Origin: an uncultured virus (IMG/VR IMGVR_UViG_3300023257_000017)
Taxonomy: Duplodnaviria; Heunggongvirae; Uroviricota; Caudoviricetes
Direction: 5' to 3' (one strand)
IMG/VR virus record: IMGVR_UViG_3300023257_000017
Length of the DNA: 64,000 nucleotides
Shown: one piece after another, positions 9,897 through 17,952 of the stretch
Layout: each line of letters opens with the position of its first letter
Numbering within the stretch: position 1 is the first letter of the stretch
Made by a program: the position numbers and the translations under genes
The notes under the pieces: generated by a model
The model's input: only the letters and a program-made list of their open reading frames with translations
The model's database searches: none
Told to the model about the DNA's origin: nothing

Positions 9897-10207
9897 TAAA
9901 AAGAACTAAGAAGGAAATAAAAGAATTACAAAAGAGAGAAAAGGAACTTAGAGACATTGTAGATAGGTGTAAAGATAACAGGTTTTCAGGCGTTATATTT
10001 GATAGAGAGCTTGGACATATTTGCTTCTATAATAATGAGACTGATAGACATTCATTAATAGAACTGGCTAAGACAGAAGATGAGTTTGTTAAACAAATGC
10101 GACAAGCGTCAGCTTCATTAATGGTTAAAAGTCATCATGATAATGTTGAAAAGCTACATAAGGAACTAGGGCTATCAAATAAGAAAAAGCCATCATACAT
10201 GGGGTAG
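9893..10207 (+). CDS. hypothetical protein
   Basis: ATGA overlap; GAGG RBS. Confidence 0.55.
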   Translation: MIKRTKKEIKELQKREKELRDIVDRCKDNRFSGVIFDRELGHICFYNNETDRHSLIELAKTEDEFVKQMRQASASLMVKSHHDNVEKLHKELGLSNKKKPSYMG

Positions 10208-10222
10208 AAATAAATGACTGTA

Positions 10223-10248
10223 AAAAGAGGTATAAAAAATTACCTGAT
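10223..10248 (+). repeat. dispersed bipartite motif copy 6
   Basis: AAAAGAggtataaaAAATTACCTGAT; intergenic. Confidence 0.8.
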
Positions 10249-10358
10249 CAAAACATAGAAAACCAAAGGAACTACGATAAAGAAGTAGGGATTGAATGCA
10301 AAGACAATAAAGACAGCAAAATAATAAATAACATATATAACATGTAAGGTGAAAAAAG

Positions 10359-10691
10359 ATGCAAACATTAAGAAAAGAACTAAGTAGAGAGATAGTAAAA
10401 GATACAGAATTTGTTGTTAATAGCATACATAAGATTGAATGTTTATTAACAGAAGATGATATGGAAGAACTTGCTGACCAATATGATGAGCCAGAAGATT
10501 CATATGAGAAAGGAATAGGAACAGGATGGGAAGGTGAAATTGTATGGATTGATGTTGGTAAATTGCTTGACACATTAAAGAACTATTTTGATGATTGTGA
10601 TGAAGATGAACTAGACAGTGAGAGATTTGAAACATTCACTGATATATTTAAGAAACTTAGTGACTGGAAAGGATATACTATTTGGGTGTAA
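10359..10691 (+). CDS. hypothetical acidic protein
   Basis: AGGTGA RBS. Confidence 0.6.
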   Translation: MQTLRKELSREIVKDTEFVVNSIHKIECLLTEDDMEELADQYDEPEDSYEKGIGTGWEGEIVWIDVGKLLDTLKNYFDDCDEDELDSERFETFTDIFKKLSDWKGYTIWV

Positions 10692-10902
10692 AAATGGGAT
10701 TATGGTATTGTAAAAAACATAAAGAAATGGTGCAAGGAAAAGGTAGTGGTAGAAATAGACATATAAAACTTAATTGTGGATGTAAATTAAATAGTAAAGA
10801 AGATGCAAAATATAGAATAAGCAAAAAAACTGTCACTACTTATTATTTAGGAGATGGTAGAGAGCTAAAAAAGGTCATAAAAAAAGAGAGTTGGGAAATA
10901 AG

Positions 10903-11262
10903 ATGATAGAAAAACTTAATTTAAATTTTGGAGAAGGTGGTAGTGATTCGTCTAATATAGTAGAAATAGAAGATAAAATTAATAAAATCATAGATATGTT
11001 AAATAATGATGATGATAATGTGGTATTTAAACCTAAATTTAAAAAAGGAGATACTATAAGATGTATAAAAGTGCCAAGATACGAAGATAAACATAATTCG
11101 TTTATAGCCTGGATTGATAACTTTAAAATTTTATTATGTGAAGAGGTAGTAATACAGAACGATAGCAATCTATCTTGTAATACAAAAGATAATCCTAAAT
11201 ACGAAACTGTATTTATACATGGCGTACAAGTTGATATAAAATGTTTTGAGTTGGTAAAATGA
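10903..11262 (+). CDS. hypothetical protein
   Basis: ATGA overlap; PKFKKGD motif. Confidence 0.5.
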   Translation: MIEKLNLNFGEGGSDSSNIVEIEDKINKIIDMLNNDDDNVVFKPKFKKGDTIRCIKVPRYEDKHNSFIAWIDNFKILLCEEVVIQNDSNLSCNTKDNPKYETVFIHGVQVDIKCFELVK

Positions 11263-11465
11263 TAGCACTAATAATAATCGGACTTGCATTACTATGGTTT
11301 GTAGAACAATTATTAATGGATCATGCAGAACACATGGATAGAATGGAAGAAAAAGAAAGCAACCAAACTAACTTTATTAATAATACATACAATGGTAGTG
11401 TTGATGAAGTTAATGATACATACACTTTTCCTGGAGAAAAGATAATTGATGTAGAGGTGAAATAA
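11259..11465 (+). CDS. small membrane protein
   Basis: N-terminal hydrophobic helix. Confidence 0.55.
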   Translation: MIALIIIGLALLWFVEQLLMDHAEHMDRMEEKESNQTNFINNTYNGSVDEVNDTYTFPGEKIIDVEVK

Positions 11466-11810
11466 ATGAAATACAAGAAAGGACAAAAATTAATATCAAA
11501 ACAAGGATTCTGTCTTGAATGTGCCAAAGGTGAAATTTGTATTATAACACGACTACCAAACAAGAAAGCTAAATACATTGGTCACGAATATTATGAAGTA
11601 ACATTCTATGAAAGGATTGAACATAGGAAAGAACATCCTAATACACCAGTATTTATGAGTGGTAGTTATCCATCAGAGAAATATTATTATGATGAATGGA
11701 TATTAGATTTACACTTTAAGATAATAGATGTTATATTCAATTGTGTTCAAGTTCTCTTTTCCTTTAAAAAAAGAAACAAAAAGAATTCCCCCCGTCCTTC
11801 GGACATATAG
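11466..11810 (+). CDS. hypothetical protein; C-terminus runs into the inserted island
   Basis: GAGGTGA RBS; the last ~25 codons are read through non-coding repeat DNA after 11730. Confidence 0.55.
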   Translation: MKYKKGQKLISKQGFCLECAKGEICIITRLPNKKAKYIGHEYYEVTFYERIEHRKEHPNTPVFMSGSYPSEKYYYDEWILDLHFKIIDVIFNCVQVLFSFKKRNKKNSPRPSDI

Positions 11811-11831
11811 ACTCCCTTTGGTCGAAATTTA
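11793..11831 (+). repeat. 39-bp hairpin repeat copy A
   Basis: CGTCCTTCGGACATATAGACTCCCTTTGGTCGAAATTTA; 38/39 identical to 15292-15330. Confidence 0.9.
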
Positions 11832-11923
11832 AGAAATATGTTTTTAATTTTTCACTGGACAAAATCCCACTAGACATATAGACGTAAGAGATATAAACAA
11901 AACTATTCTCTAACAATTAATAC

Positions 11924-11937
11924 AAACATTTATATAA
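11924..11937 (+). promoter_or_regulatory. archaeal BRE/TATA promoter
   Basis: AAACATTTATATAA ~22 nt upstream of ATG 11959 (leaderless spacing). Confidence 0.65.
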
Positions 11938-11958
11938 CGATTAGTCTACAATGTATAT

Positions 11959-12120
11959 ATGTCTGTAACTAAAGATAGTACAACCATAAGAATTCAAAAC
12001 AATACTAAATCAAAACTTGAAAAGTTAGATTTTGTTAAAAAACATTCTTATGATGAAATAGTAAATGTATTAATTTCAAATTATAATAAGAATATAAAAA
12101 AGAGGAAAAATGACAGATAA
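11959..12120 (+). CDS. small ribbon-helix-helix regulator (53 aa, not in ORF track)
   Basis: MSVTKDSTTIRIQNNTKSKLEKLDFVKKHSYDEIVNVLI: TTIRI strand plus SYDEI helix typical of archaeal RHH proteins; overlaps the MTase start. Confidence 0.7.
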   Translation: MSVTKDSTTIRIQNNTKSKLEKLDFVKKHSYDEIVNVLISNYNKNIKKRKNDR

Positions 12121-13345
12121 AGCTAGATTTTGTATTGAATGTGAAAAAGAAATTCCTTCAACTAGAAGTAAGAGAGCTATTACATGTTCTGTCAAATGTT
12201 CTAATAAAAGAGCAACTACGCCATCACACTTAAGAAAAAAAGCGAATAATAGTTTAAAAATAGCAACAGTGTTTAGTGGAATTGGTGCTGTTGAACATGC
12301 ATTACAAAGAATGAATATTGCAACAAAACAAATTTTTGCATGCGACATAGATAAATTTGCTAAAGAAAGTTACCTCGCAAATTATAATATTTCAGAAGAT
12401 AATTGGATTGACGATATATTTAAAGTAAATGGTAAAAAATACAAAGGTAAAGTAGATTTATTTATGGGAGGTAGTCCTTGCCAATCTTTTTCAATGGTTG
12501 GAAAAAGAAAAGGTTTAGATGATGAACGAGGATTACTCATTTATGAATTTTCAAGATTGGTAGAAGAGATACAACCAAAAGTATTCATTTGGGAAAATGT
12601 AAAAGGAGTATTAAGTCATAATAAGGGCGAAACATGGATTCATATTAAAACTGAATTTGAGAGATTAGGTTATTACATTCACCATCAAGTATTAAATGCG
12701 AAAAAATATGGAATACCTCAAAATAGAGAACGATTGTTTGTAGTTGGATTTAAAATAGAAAATAAAAACTTTTTATTTCCGAAAGAGATACCATTAAAAA
12801 TAACTATGCAAGATTTATTAGAAGACAATCCTGATTCAAAATATTTTTTAGGAGAAAAAGGAATTGCATTTGTATCAAAAGAAAAAAATATTAAAAAGAA
12901 GTATACTCAAATAAATGGTGAAGTTGCATTATGTCAAAAGAAGAATCAACAATTTAATTGGCACGGAGATTTTATATTACATGCACCCAAAAAAAATGTT
13001 GATAAAAAATACTTTTTATCTAAAAAAACAGAGAAATATGTTACTTCAACTGGAACAAAAGGATTTTATAGTAAACCTGAAACAGACTTACAAATTGCTA
13101 GACCATTATTGGCCACTATGGCAAAAATGCATAGGGCAGGAGTAGATAATTATATAACTAAAGATTCAAAATTAAGAAAATTAACTCCTAGAGAATGTTT
13201 AAGGCTTATGGGCTTTGATGATAGATTTAAAATTGTTGTTAGTGATACACAAGCATATAAACAGGCAGGAAATGCTATTGTTGTAAACGTTTTGATGCAT
13301 TTATTAAAATCAATGGAGATAAAAAAATATGGTTCAAAAAATTAA
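12110..13345 (+). CDS. dcm: DNA cytosine-5 methyltransferase with N-terminal Zn finger
   Basis: FSGIGA (motif I), GSPCQ (IV), WENV (VI), PQNRER (VIII), QAGNAIV (X). Confidence 0.95.
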   Translation: MTDKARFCIECEKEIPSTRSKRAITCSVKCSNKRATTPSHLRKKANNSLKIATVFSGIGAVEHALQRMNIATKQIFACDIDKFAKESYLANYNISEDNWIDDIFKVNGKKYKGKVDLFMGGSPCQSFSMVGKRKGLDDERGLLIYEFSRLVEEIQPKVFIWENVKGVLSHNKGETWIHIKTEFERLGYYIHHQVLNAKKYGIPQNRERLFVVGFKIENKNFLFPKEIPLKITMQDLLEDNPDSKYFLGEKGIAFVSKEKNIKKKYTQINGEVALCQKKNQQFNWHGDFILHAPKKNVDKKYFLSKKTEKYVTSTGTKGFYSKPETDLQIARPLLATMAKMHRAGVDNYITKDSKLRKLTPRECLRLMGFDDRFKIVVSDTQAYKQAGNAIVVNVLMHLLKSMEIKKYGSKN

Positions 13346-13547
13346 AATAAACAATAATGATTATGAAGTCATTGATGCTAAAGAAAAAATGACTGTTCCT
13401 GATTGTTGGGTTCTTAAAAATAAACTTGGTGGAGGTCATGGCGAAGCTAAGTTTTATATCGGAAACGAAAATGAATCATTGTTTGATTTTTTTGATGATT
13501 TTAAATTCATTTCCTTTCTCAACTTCATCAAAACAATCTTCTTTTAA
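13329..13547 (+). pseudogene. 5' stub of a probable cognate restriction endonuclease
   Basis: Overlaps the MTase stop; NKLGGGHGEAKFYIG resembles RM-associated HNH nuclease N-termini (from memory); runs into antisense Mod sequence after ~57 codons. Confidence 0.55.
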
Positions 13548-15005
13548 GCAAAGCATTTCTGTTGATTTATCAACCAACATTCTTTTATTTTTGTCTGTTG
13601 GTTTTGCATCTACAAAGTCAGTTTTAAAATACTTAAGTCCGCTCGGTCGATTACTTATTAATTTACCTTTAGAATCTTTTTCTAATTTCTCAACTACTTT
13701 TTGTATTCTAGGATAACACACCTCTGAACAAATTTTATTTTCATCATTAGTACAAAGAATAAATCTCCTTGTTCCCTCATCTTCATCATTCAATTCTAAA
13801 ACTGCTTGTCCCAATGTTCCAGTTCCTGCAAAAAAATCAACTATTAATGATTTTTTATTTGTAGCTATTCTTAATAAATATTTAATTAATTCCACTGGTT
13901 TCGGATAATCAAAAACTACTTCTCCGAATAAACTTTTTAATTCCTTTTTTGCACCATCATTAGAGTAAGGATTGTCTATTAAATCAATAGTAGACATAGG
14001 TTTCGCTCTAGGAACTATTTCAACATAATAATTGTTTTTAGAATCTTTTGAAATTGTTGCATTTTGATATGTTTTTGTATAAATACGACATGGCTTATTA
14101 GAATATTTTTTAACAACAATAAATCCATTTTTCAAACCAAAATCAAAAAGTTTTTTAGACCAACGCCAACAAAAATCTCTTTTTGGATTTATTTTTTTCC
14201 TTTTTTCCATCTCCACTAGATTAACTCCACCAGGAATAATACATTCTCCTTCAATTTTAATTTCATAATCTAAAGAAGCAGAATATTGTATGGAATCATA
14301 ATCCAAAGTTTGATTTAGTTTGTAAAGACCTCTTGCATTAATATATTTATCTTTATATTTGAATCCTTTATCAGTATGTTCAAGTTTATTAAAAGATGCT
14401 TTATCACTTTTTTGATATATTAAAACATAATCGTGATTTTTTGAAATTTTATCAGATGATTTTCCTCCTTTCTTTGTTAGTCTAGGAACTAGCGCAATAA
14501 AGTTTTTTTCATCAAAAATTTCATCACATAATAATTTAAGTTGACAAACTTCGTTATCATCTATAGACATAAAAATTACTCCTTTATTTCTCAATAATCC
14601 TTTTACTAATTTCAATCTTTTACTCATAAAAGATAACCATTTACTATGCCTATAAGAATCCTCTTTGTCTACCAATTTATCATTATATCTAAAACCGTCT
14701 CCATTTCCAGTATTGTATGGAGGATCAATATAAATCATATCAATTTTATTCTTATGAGTATAATTTAAAACAGAAAGAGCATGATAATTATCTCCTTCAA
14801 TTAAAATATTTACAGATTCTTTTTTATCGGTTAAGATTTCTTTTTTAGTATCTTCTTTTAAATATGGTAATTTAACTTTACATAATTCAGCGACTTTTTC
14901 AGTTTTATCTTCCCAAAGAATCCCATATTTTTTTCTCTTTCTGAGTTTAGTAACTTCTTTAATCAATTCAGTTTTAGACCATTCGGTTAAATTATTTTGT
15001 ACCAT
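13476..15005 (-). CDS. mod: Type III Mod-like N6-adenine DNA methyltransferase, probably C-terminally clipped
   Basis: ILIEGDN, IYIDPPYNTG, FDYPKP, DFFAGTGT; stop codon lies inside the opposing stub; no res gene follows. Confidence 0.9.
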   Translation of the reverse strand: MVQNNLTEWSKTELIKEVTKLRKRKKYGILWEDKTEKVAELCKVKLPYLKEDTKKEILTDKKESVNILIEGDNYHALSVLNYTHKNKIDMIYIDPPYNTGNGDGFRYNDKLVDKEDSYRHSKWLSFMSKRLKLVKGLLRNKGVIFMSIDDNEVCQLKLLCDEIFDEKNFIALVPRLTKKGGKSSDKISKNHDYVLIYQKSDKASFNKLEHTDKGFKYKDKYINARGLYKLNQTLDYDSIQYSASLDYEIKIEGECIIPGGVNLVEMEKRKKINPKRDFCWRWSKKLFDFGLKNGFIVVKKYSNKPCRIYTKTYQNATISKDSKNNYYVEIVPRAKPMSTIDLIDNPYSNDGAKKELKSLFGEVVFDYPKPVELIKYLLRIATNKKSLIVDFFAGTGTLGQAVLELNDEDEGTRRFILCTNDENKICSEVCYPRIQKVVEKLEKDSKGKLISNRPSGLKYFKTDFVDAKPTDKNKRMLVDKSTEMLCLKEDCFDEVEKGNEFKIIKKIKQ

Positions 15006-15008
15006 ATT

Positions 15009-15155
15009 CTAAACCTTATCTTCCTTTTTTTTTAATTCTTTTTCTGCAAAAATCTCAAATTGTCGAGAAATAATCAAACCCTTATTTTTACAATGTGCCT
15101 TATATTTATCATACAAATCTTCATCAACTTTCAAAGTAATGTTTTTACTTACCAT
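15009..15155 (-). CDS. small ribbon-helix-helix regulator (48 aa, not in ORF track)
   Basis: MVSKNITLKVDEDLYDKYKAHCKNKGLIISRQFEIFAEKEL; TTTATAAA box ~25 nt upstream. Confidence 0.7.
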   Translation of the reverse strand: MVSKNITLKVDEDLYDKYKAHCKNKGLIISRQFEIFAEKELKKKEDKV

Positions 15156-15291
15156 AATAGAATAAATGTTTACACAGCTTTATAAATATTGCTATAACGA
15201 CACCCCTAACTGTTCTTTTCGAAAAGAACCAAAACAAGACGCCCCTTCTTTTCTTTTTTTAATAAAAGAAACAAAAAATCTACGCCCCTCT

Positions 15292-15330
15292 CGTCCTTCG
15301 GACATATAGACTCCCTTCGGTCGAAATTTA
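15292..15330 (+). repeat. 39-bp hairpin repeat copy B
   Basis: CGTCCTTCGGACATATAGACTCCCTTCGGTCGAAATTTA; partial third copy GTCCTTCGGACA at 15531-15542. Confidence 0.9.
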
Positions 15331-15397
15331 TTAGAACTTAAACACAACGTTGATTTTTTGCCTACGGCATCGTTGCACTAAAAATCAACCCTTCGGG

Positions 15398-15492
15398 GAA
15401 TATAACAATGATTTAACGGTTCCAAAATCTTGCAGATTTTTCCACCCAAATTTTGCTTCGCAAAACTTCGTTAAATCCCGTCTGTTATATTC
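15398..15492 (+). other. attC-like integron recombination site
   Basis: GAATATAACA-at-GATTTAACG ... CGTTAAATC-ccgtc-TGTTATATTC: paired AAC/GTT core boxes, asymmetric unpaired spacer, paired L boxes, internal hairpins. Confidence 0.7.
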
Positions 15493-15766
15493 AATCGTAG
15501 GGTAAATTTTCAAATAGAGGTGCCGCCTTAGTCCTTCGGACAGATAGTCTCGACTTCGCCTCGCAGAAAAACTTCTTTTATCCGACCAACGAAAACCACA
15601 ACGAAATTAAAATTTCGTCTAACAAAGGATAAAAGGTTTCATTTCATTACACCCAAATTTTTCTATTTAATTGGGCAGGACGAAAACAACGAAAACTTTA
15701 TATATGTGTTTAGTTTGTGTGTTATATGTGGTTATCCTTATATAAAAGCATACTTTCTTTGTATGT

Positions 15767-16036
15767 ATGGAAAAAGAAATGATAAAAGGTATTAGTTTAT
15801 TAAAAAATTCAGAATATCGAAGAAAAATACTCGAAAGTCTATCAGATGTCAATTATTTAACTCCCTCCGAAATTGCGGAAAAAACGGAAATTCGTTTAAA
15901 TCATATCAGCAACTTTTTAAAAGACTTAAAAGATTATAAATTAGTAATTTGTTTGAATGATGAAGATAAAAGAGGAAGATTATATCAAATTACAAAATTA
16001 GGTAAAAAAGTGGTAGAAGAATATGGAAAAAATTAA
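15767..16036 (+). CDS. ArsR-like winged-HTH regulator (putative RM controller)
   Basis: SEYRRKILESL...LTPSEIAEKT...HISNFLKDLK...GRLYQITKLG; overlaps the MTase start. Confidence 0.8.
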   Translation: MEKEMIKGISLLKNSEYRRKILESLSDVNYLTPSEIAEKTEIRLNHISNFLKDLKDYKLVICLNDEDKRGRLYQITKLGKKVVEEYGKN

Positions 16037-17252
16037 AATTGCAGAATTATTTGCAGGAGTTGGCGGATTTAGAATTGGATTAACCAATGCCTCTGAAAAA
16101 TTTGAAATGGCTTGGAGTAATCAATGGGAGCCAAAAACAAAAAGCCAAGAGGCATCAGATATTTACATAAAAAGATTTGGAGCAGAAAATCATTCTAACA
16201 AAGATATTGCTCAAGTTTCGGTTGATGAAATTCCTGAACATAATCTTTTAGTTGGCGGTTTTCCATGCCAAGATTATTCTGTGGCTAAAAGTCTAAGCCA
16301 ATCCAAAGGAATTACTGGAAAAAAAGGAGTTTTATGGTGGGAAATACATAGAATAATAAAAGACCATAAAAAACAACCAGAATTTATTTTACTTGAAAAT
16401 GTAGATAGATTATTGAGTTCTCCAGCAAGTCAGAGGGGAAGAGATTTTGCAATTATTTTATCTTCACTATCAGATTTAGGTTATATTGTAGAATGGAGAA
16501 TAATAAATGCGGCAGATTATGGAATGCCTCAAAGAAGAAGAAGGGTTTTTATTATGGGATACCATAAAAATTCTCCAATACATAAAGATATTAAAAAAAG
16601 CGATTTAAAGGAATGGATTTTTAATAATGGAACTTTGGCAAAGGCGTTTAGCATAAATAAAGTAAAAACATCTTTCCCAAAAAATTTCAAAATAGAAGGA
16701 AATTTGTTTGAAGTTACAAATAATTTTAATAAAAAAGAACAATTTAGCCCTTTTCAAAATTGTGGAATTATGATTGATAGAAATATATTTACTGCAAAAG
16801 TTTTTCCAGATTATGATGGAAAAAGAATAAATTTAGGAGATGTTTTAGTGCCTGAAGAAAAAGTGCCTGAAGAGTTTTTTGTGAATGGTGAATATGAAAA
16901 ATGGGAATATCTTAAGGGTGCAAAAAGTGAAAAAAGATTTAATAAAAGTAGAAATTTTCATTATAATTATAGCGAAGGCTCAATGATTTTCCCCGATCCT
17001 ATTAATAAACCTTCAAGAACAATTGTTACTGGGGAAGGGGGTTCAACTCCTTCAAGATTTAAACATGTTGTAAAAACAAAAAAAGGAAGATGGAGAAGGT
17101 TAATGCCTTTAGAACTTGAAAGATTAAATATGTTTCCCGATAATCATACAGAAGGTTACACAGATACAAAGAGAGCTTTTCTTATGGGTAATGCTTTAGT
17201 TATTGGAGTTATAGAAAAAATTGGAAAAGAACTTGCTTTAAAATTAGATTAA
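16023..17252 (+). CDS. dcm: DNA cytosine-5 methyltransferase, M.Sau3AI-like
   Basis: ELFAGVGGF, WSNQWEP, GFPCQDYS, ENVDRLL.SP..QRGRDF, PQRRRR, MGNALV. Confidence 0.93.
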   Translation: MEKIKIAELFAGVGGFRIGLTNASEKFEMAWSNQWEPKTKSQEASDIYIKRFGAENHSNKDIAQVSVDEIPEHNLLVGGFPCQDYSVAKSLSQSKGITGKKGVLWWEIHRIIKDHKKQPEFILLENVDRLLSSPASQRGRDFAIILSSLSDLGYIVEWRIINAADYGMPQRRRRVFIMGYHKNSPIHKDIKKSDLKEWIFNNGTLAKAFSINKVKTSFPKNFKIEGNLFEVTNNFNKKEQFSPFQNCGIMIDRNIFTAKVFPDYDGKRINLGDVLVPEEKVPEEFFVNGEYEKWEYLKGAKSEKRFNKSRNFHYNYSEGSMIFPDPINKPSRTIVTGEGGSTPSRFKHVVKTKKGRWRRLMPLELERLNMFPDNHTEGYTDTKRAFLMGNALVIGVIEKIGKELALKLD

Positions 17253-17616
17253 ATCAAATAATAATATTAGTAAATATAAATTATTTCAATCATATGCATA
17301 TACTACAACTTCAACAATTCCTCCTAAAATAATATTAGGAAAACCCGAGGAAATTTGCACTGAAACATTTCTTGAAATAGGTCCATTCAATAATGAGAAA
17401 GAAGCTTTAAATTGTTTAACCTATACTAAAACAAAATTTTATAGAGCATTATTATTTTTTAATAGAATTCAAAAAAATTTATCACAATCTACTTTTAATT
17501 TAATACCAATACAAGACTTTTCCAAACCTTGGACAGATGAAGAACTCTATAAAAAGTATAAATTAAAAAAAGAAGAAATTGATTTTATAGAATCTATGAT
17601 TAGACCAATGGAATAA
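17248..17616 (+). pseudogene. startless 3' fragment of an Eco57I-like Type IIG RM protein
   Basis: Open frame without a start: ...ICTETFLEIGPF..KTKFYRALL..IPIQDFSKPWTDEELYKKYKLKKEEIDFIESMIRPME*. Confidence 0.75.
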
Positions 17617-17639
17617 ATTAAAATAAATGGTAAATAACT

Positions 17640-17945
17640 ATGAATAAAAAATATTTTTCAAAAAGACCTGAGCTTAAACCTACTATTTATGTTTATGAAA
17701 TTCCTGATGCTGAAAACAGAAAAGGATTATTAAAAATTGGTTATACTACTCGTAGTGCTAAAGGAAGAATCAAAGAACAACTAGGTACAGCAGGATTAAA
17801 TTATAATATTCTTTTAGAACAAGAAGCAATAAGGTCTGATGGTTCTACTTTTGATGATCATGAAATCATAGAATCATTACCTGTTCAGTTAATATTGGAA
17901 GCACAAGATGACTATTCTAATGATTGTGTTGTTAGTTATTGGTAG
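17640..17945 (+). pseudogene. 5' stub of a GIY-YIG/T5orf172-domain restriction nuclease-helicase, fused to unrelated sequence
   Basis: PTIYVY...GLLKIGYTTR...RIKEQ...DGSTFDDHEI, then an unrelated 25-aa tail; homologs usually continue into a large helicase. Confidence 0.7.
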
Positions 17946-17952
17946 ATTAAAA

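Larger units (their letters stand above)
11730..17870. mobile_element. Inserted patchwork of host-like restriction-modification fragments
   Basis: Three DNA MTases, each with a small regulator, three truncated nuclease-type genes, an attC-like site and hairpin repeats; interrupts the run of viral + strand ORFs. Confidence 0.75.

Noticed and set aside
13426..13716. + strand 96-aa ORF
   Set aside because: Shadow of the antisense mod gene
11793..15330. IS or MITE bounded by the 39-bp repeats
   Set aside because: The repeats are direct rather than inverted, with no transposase and no visible target-site duplication
11730..17870. Intact functional restriction-modification (defence) system
   Set aside because: Every nuclease-type gene is truncated or missing
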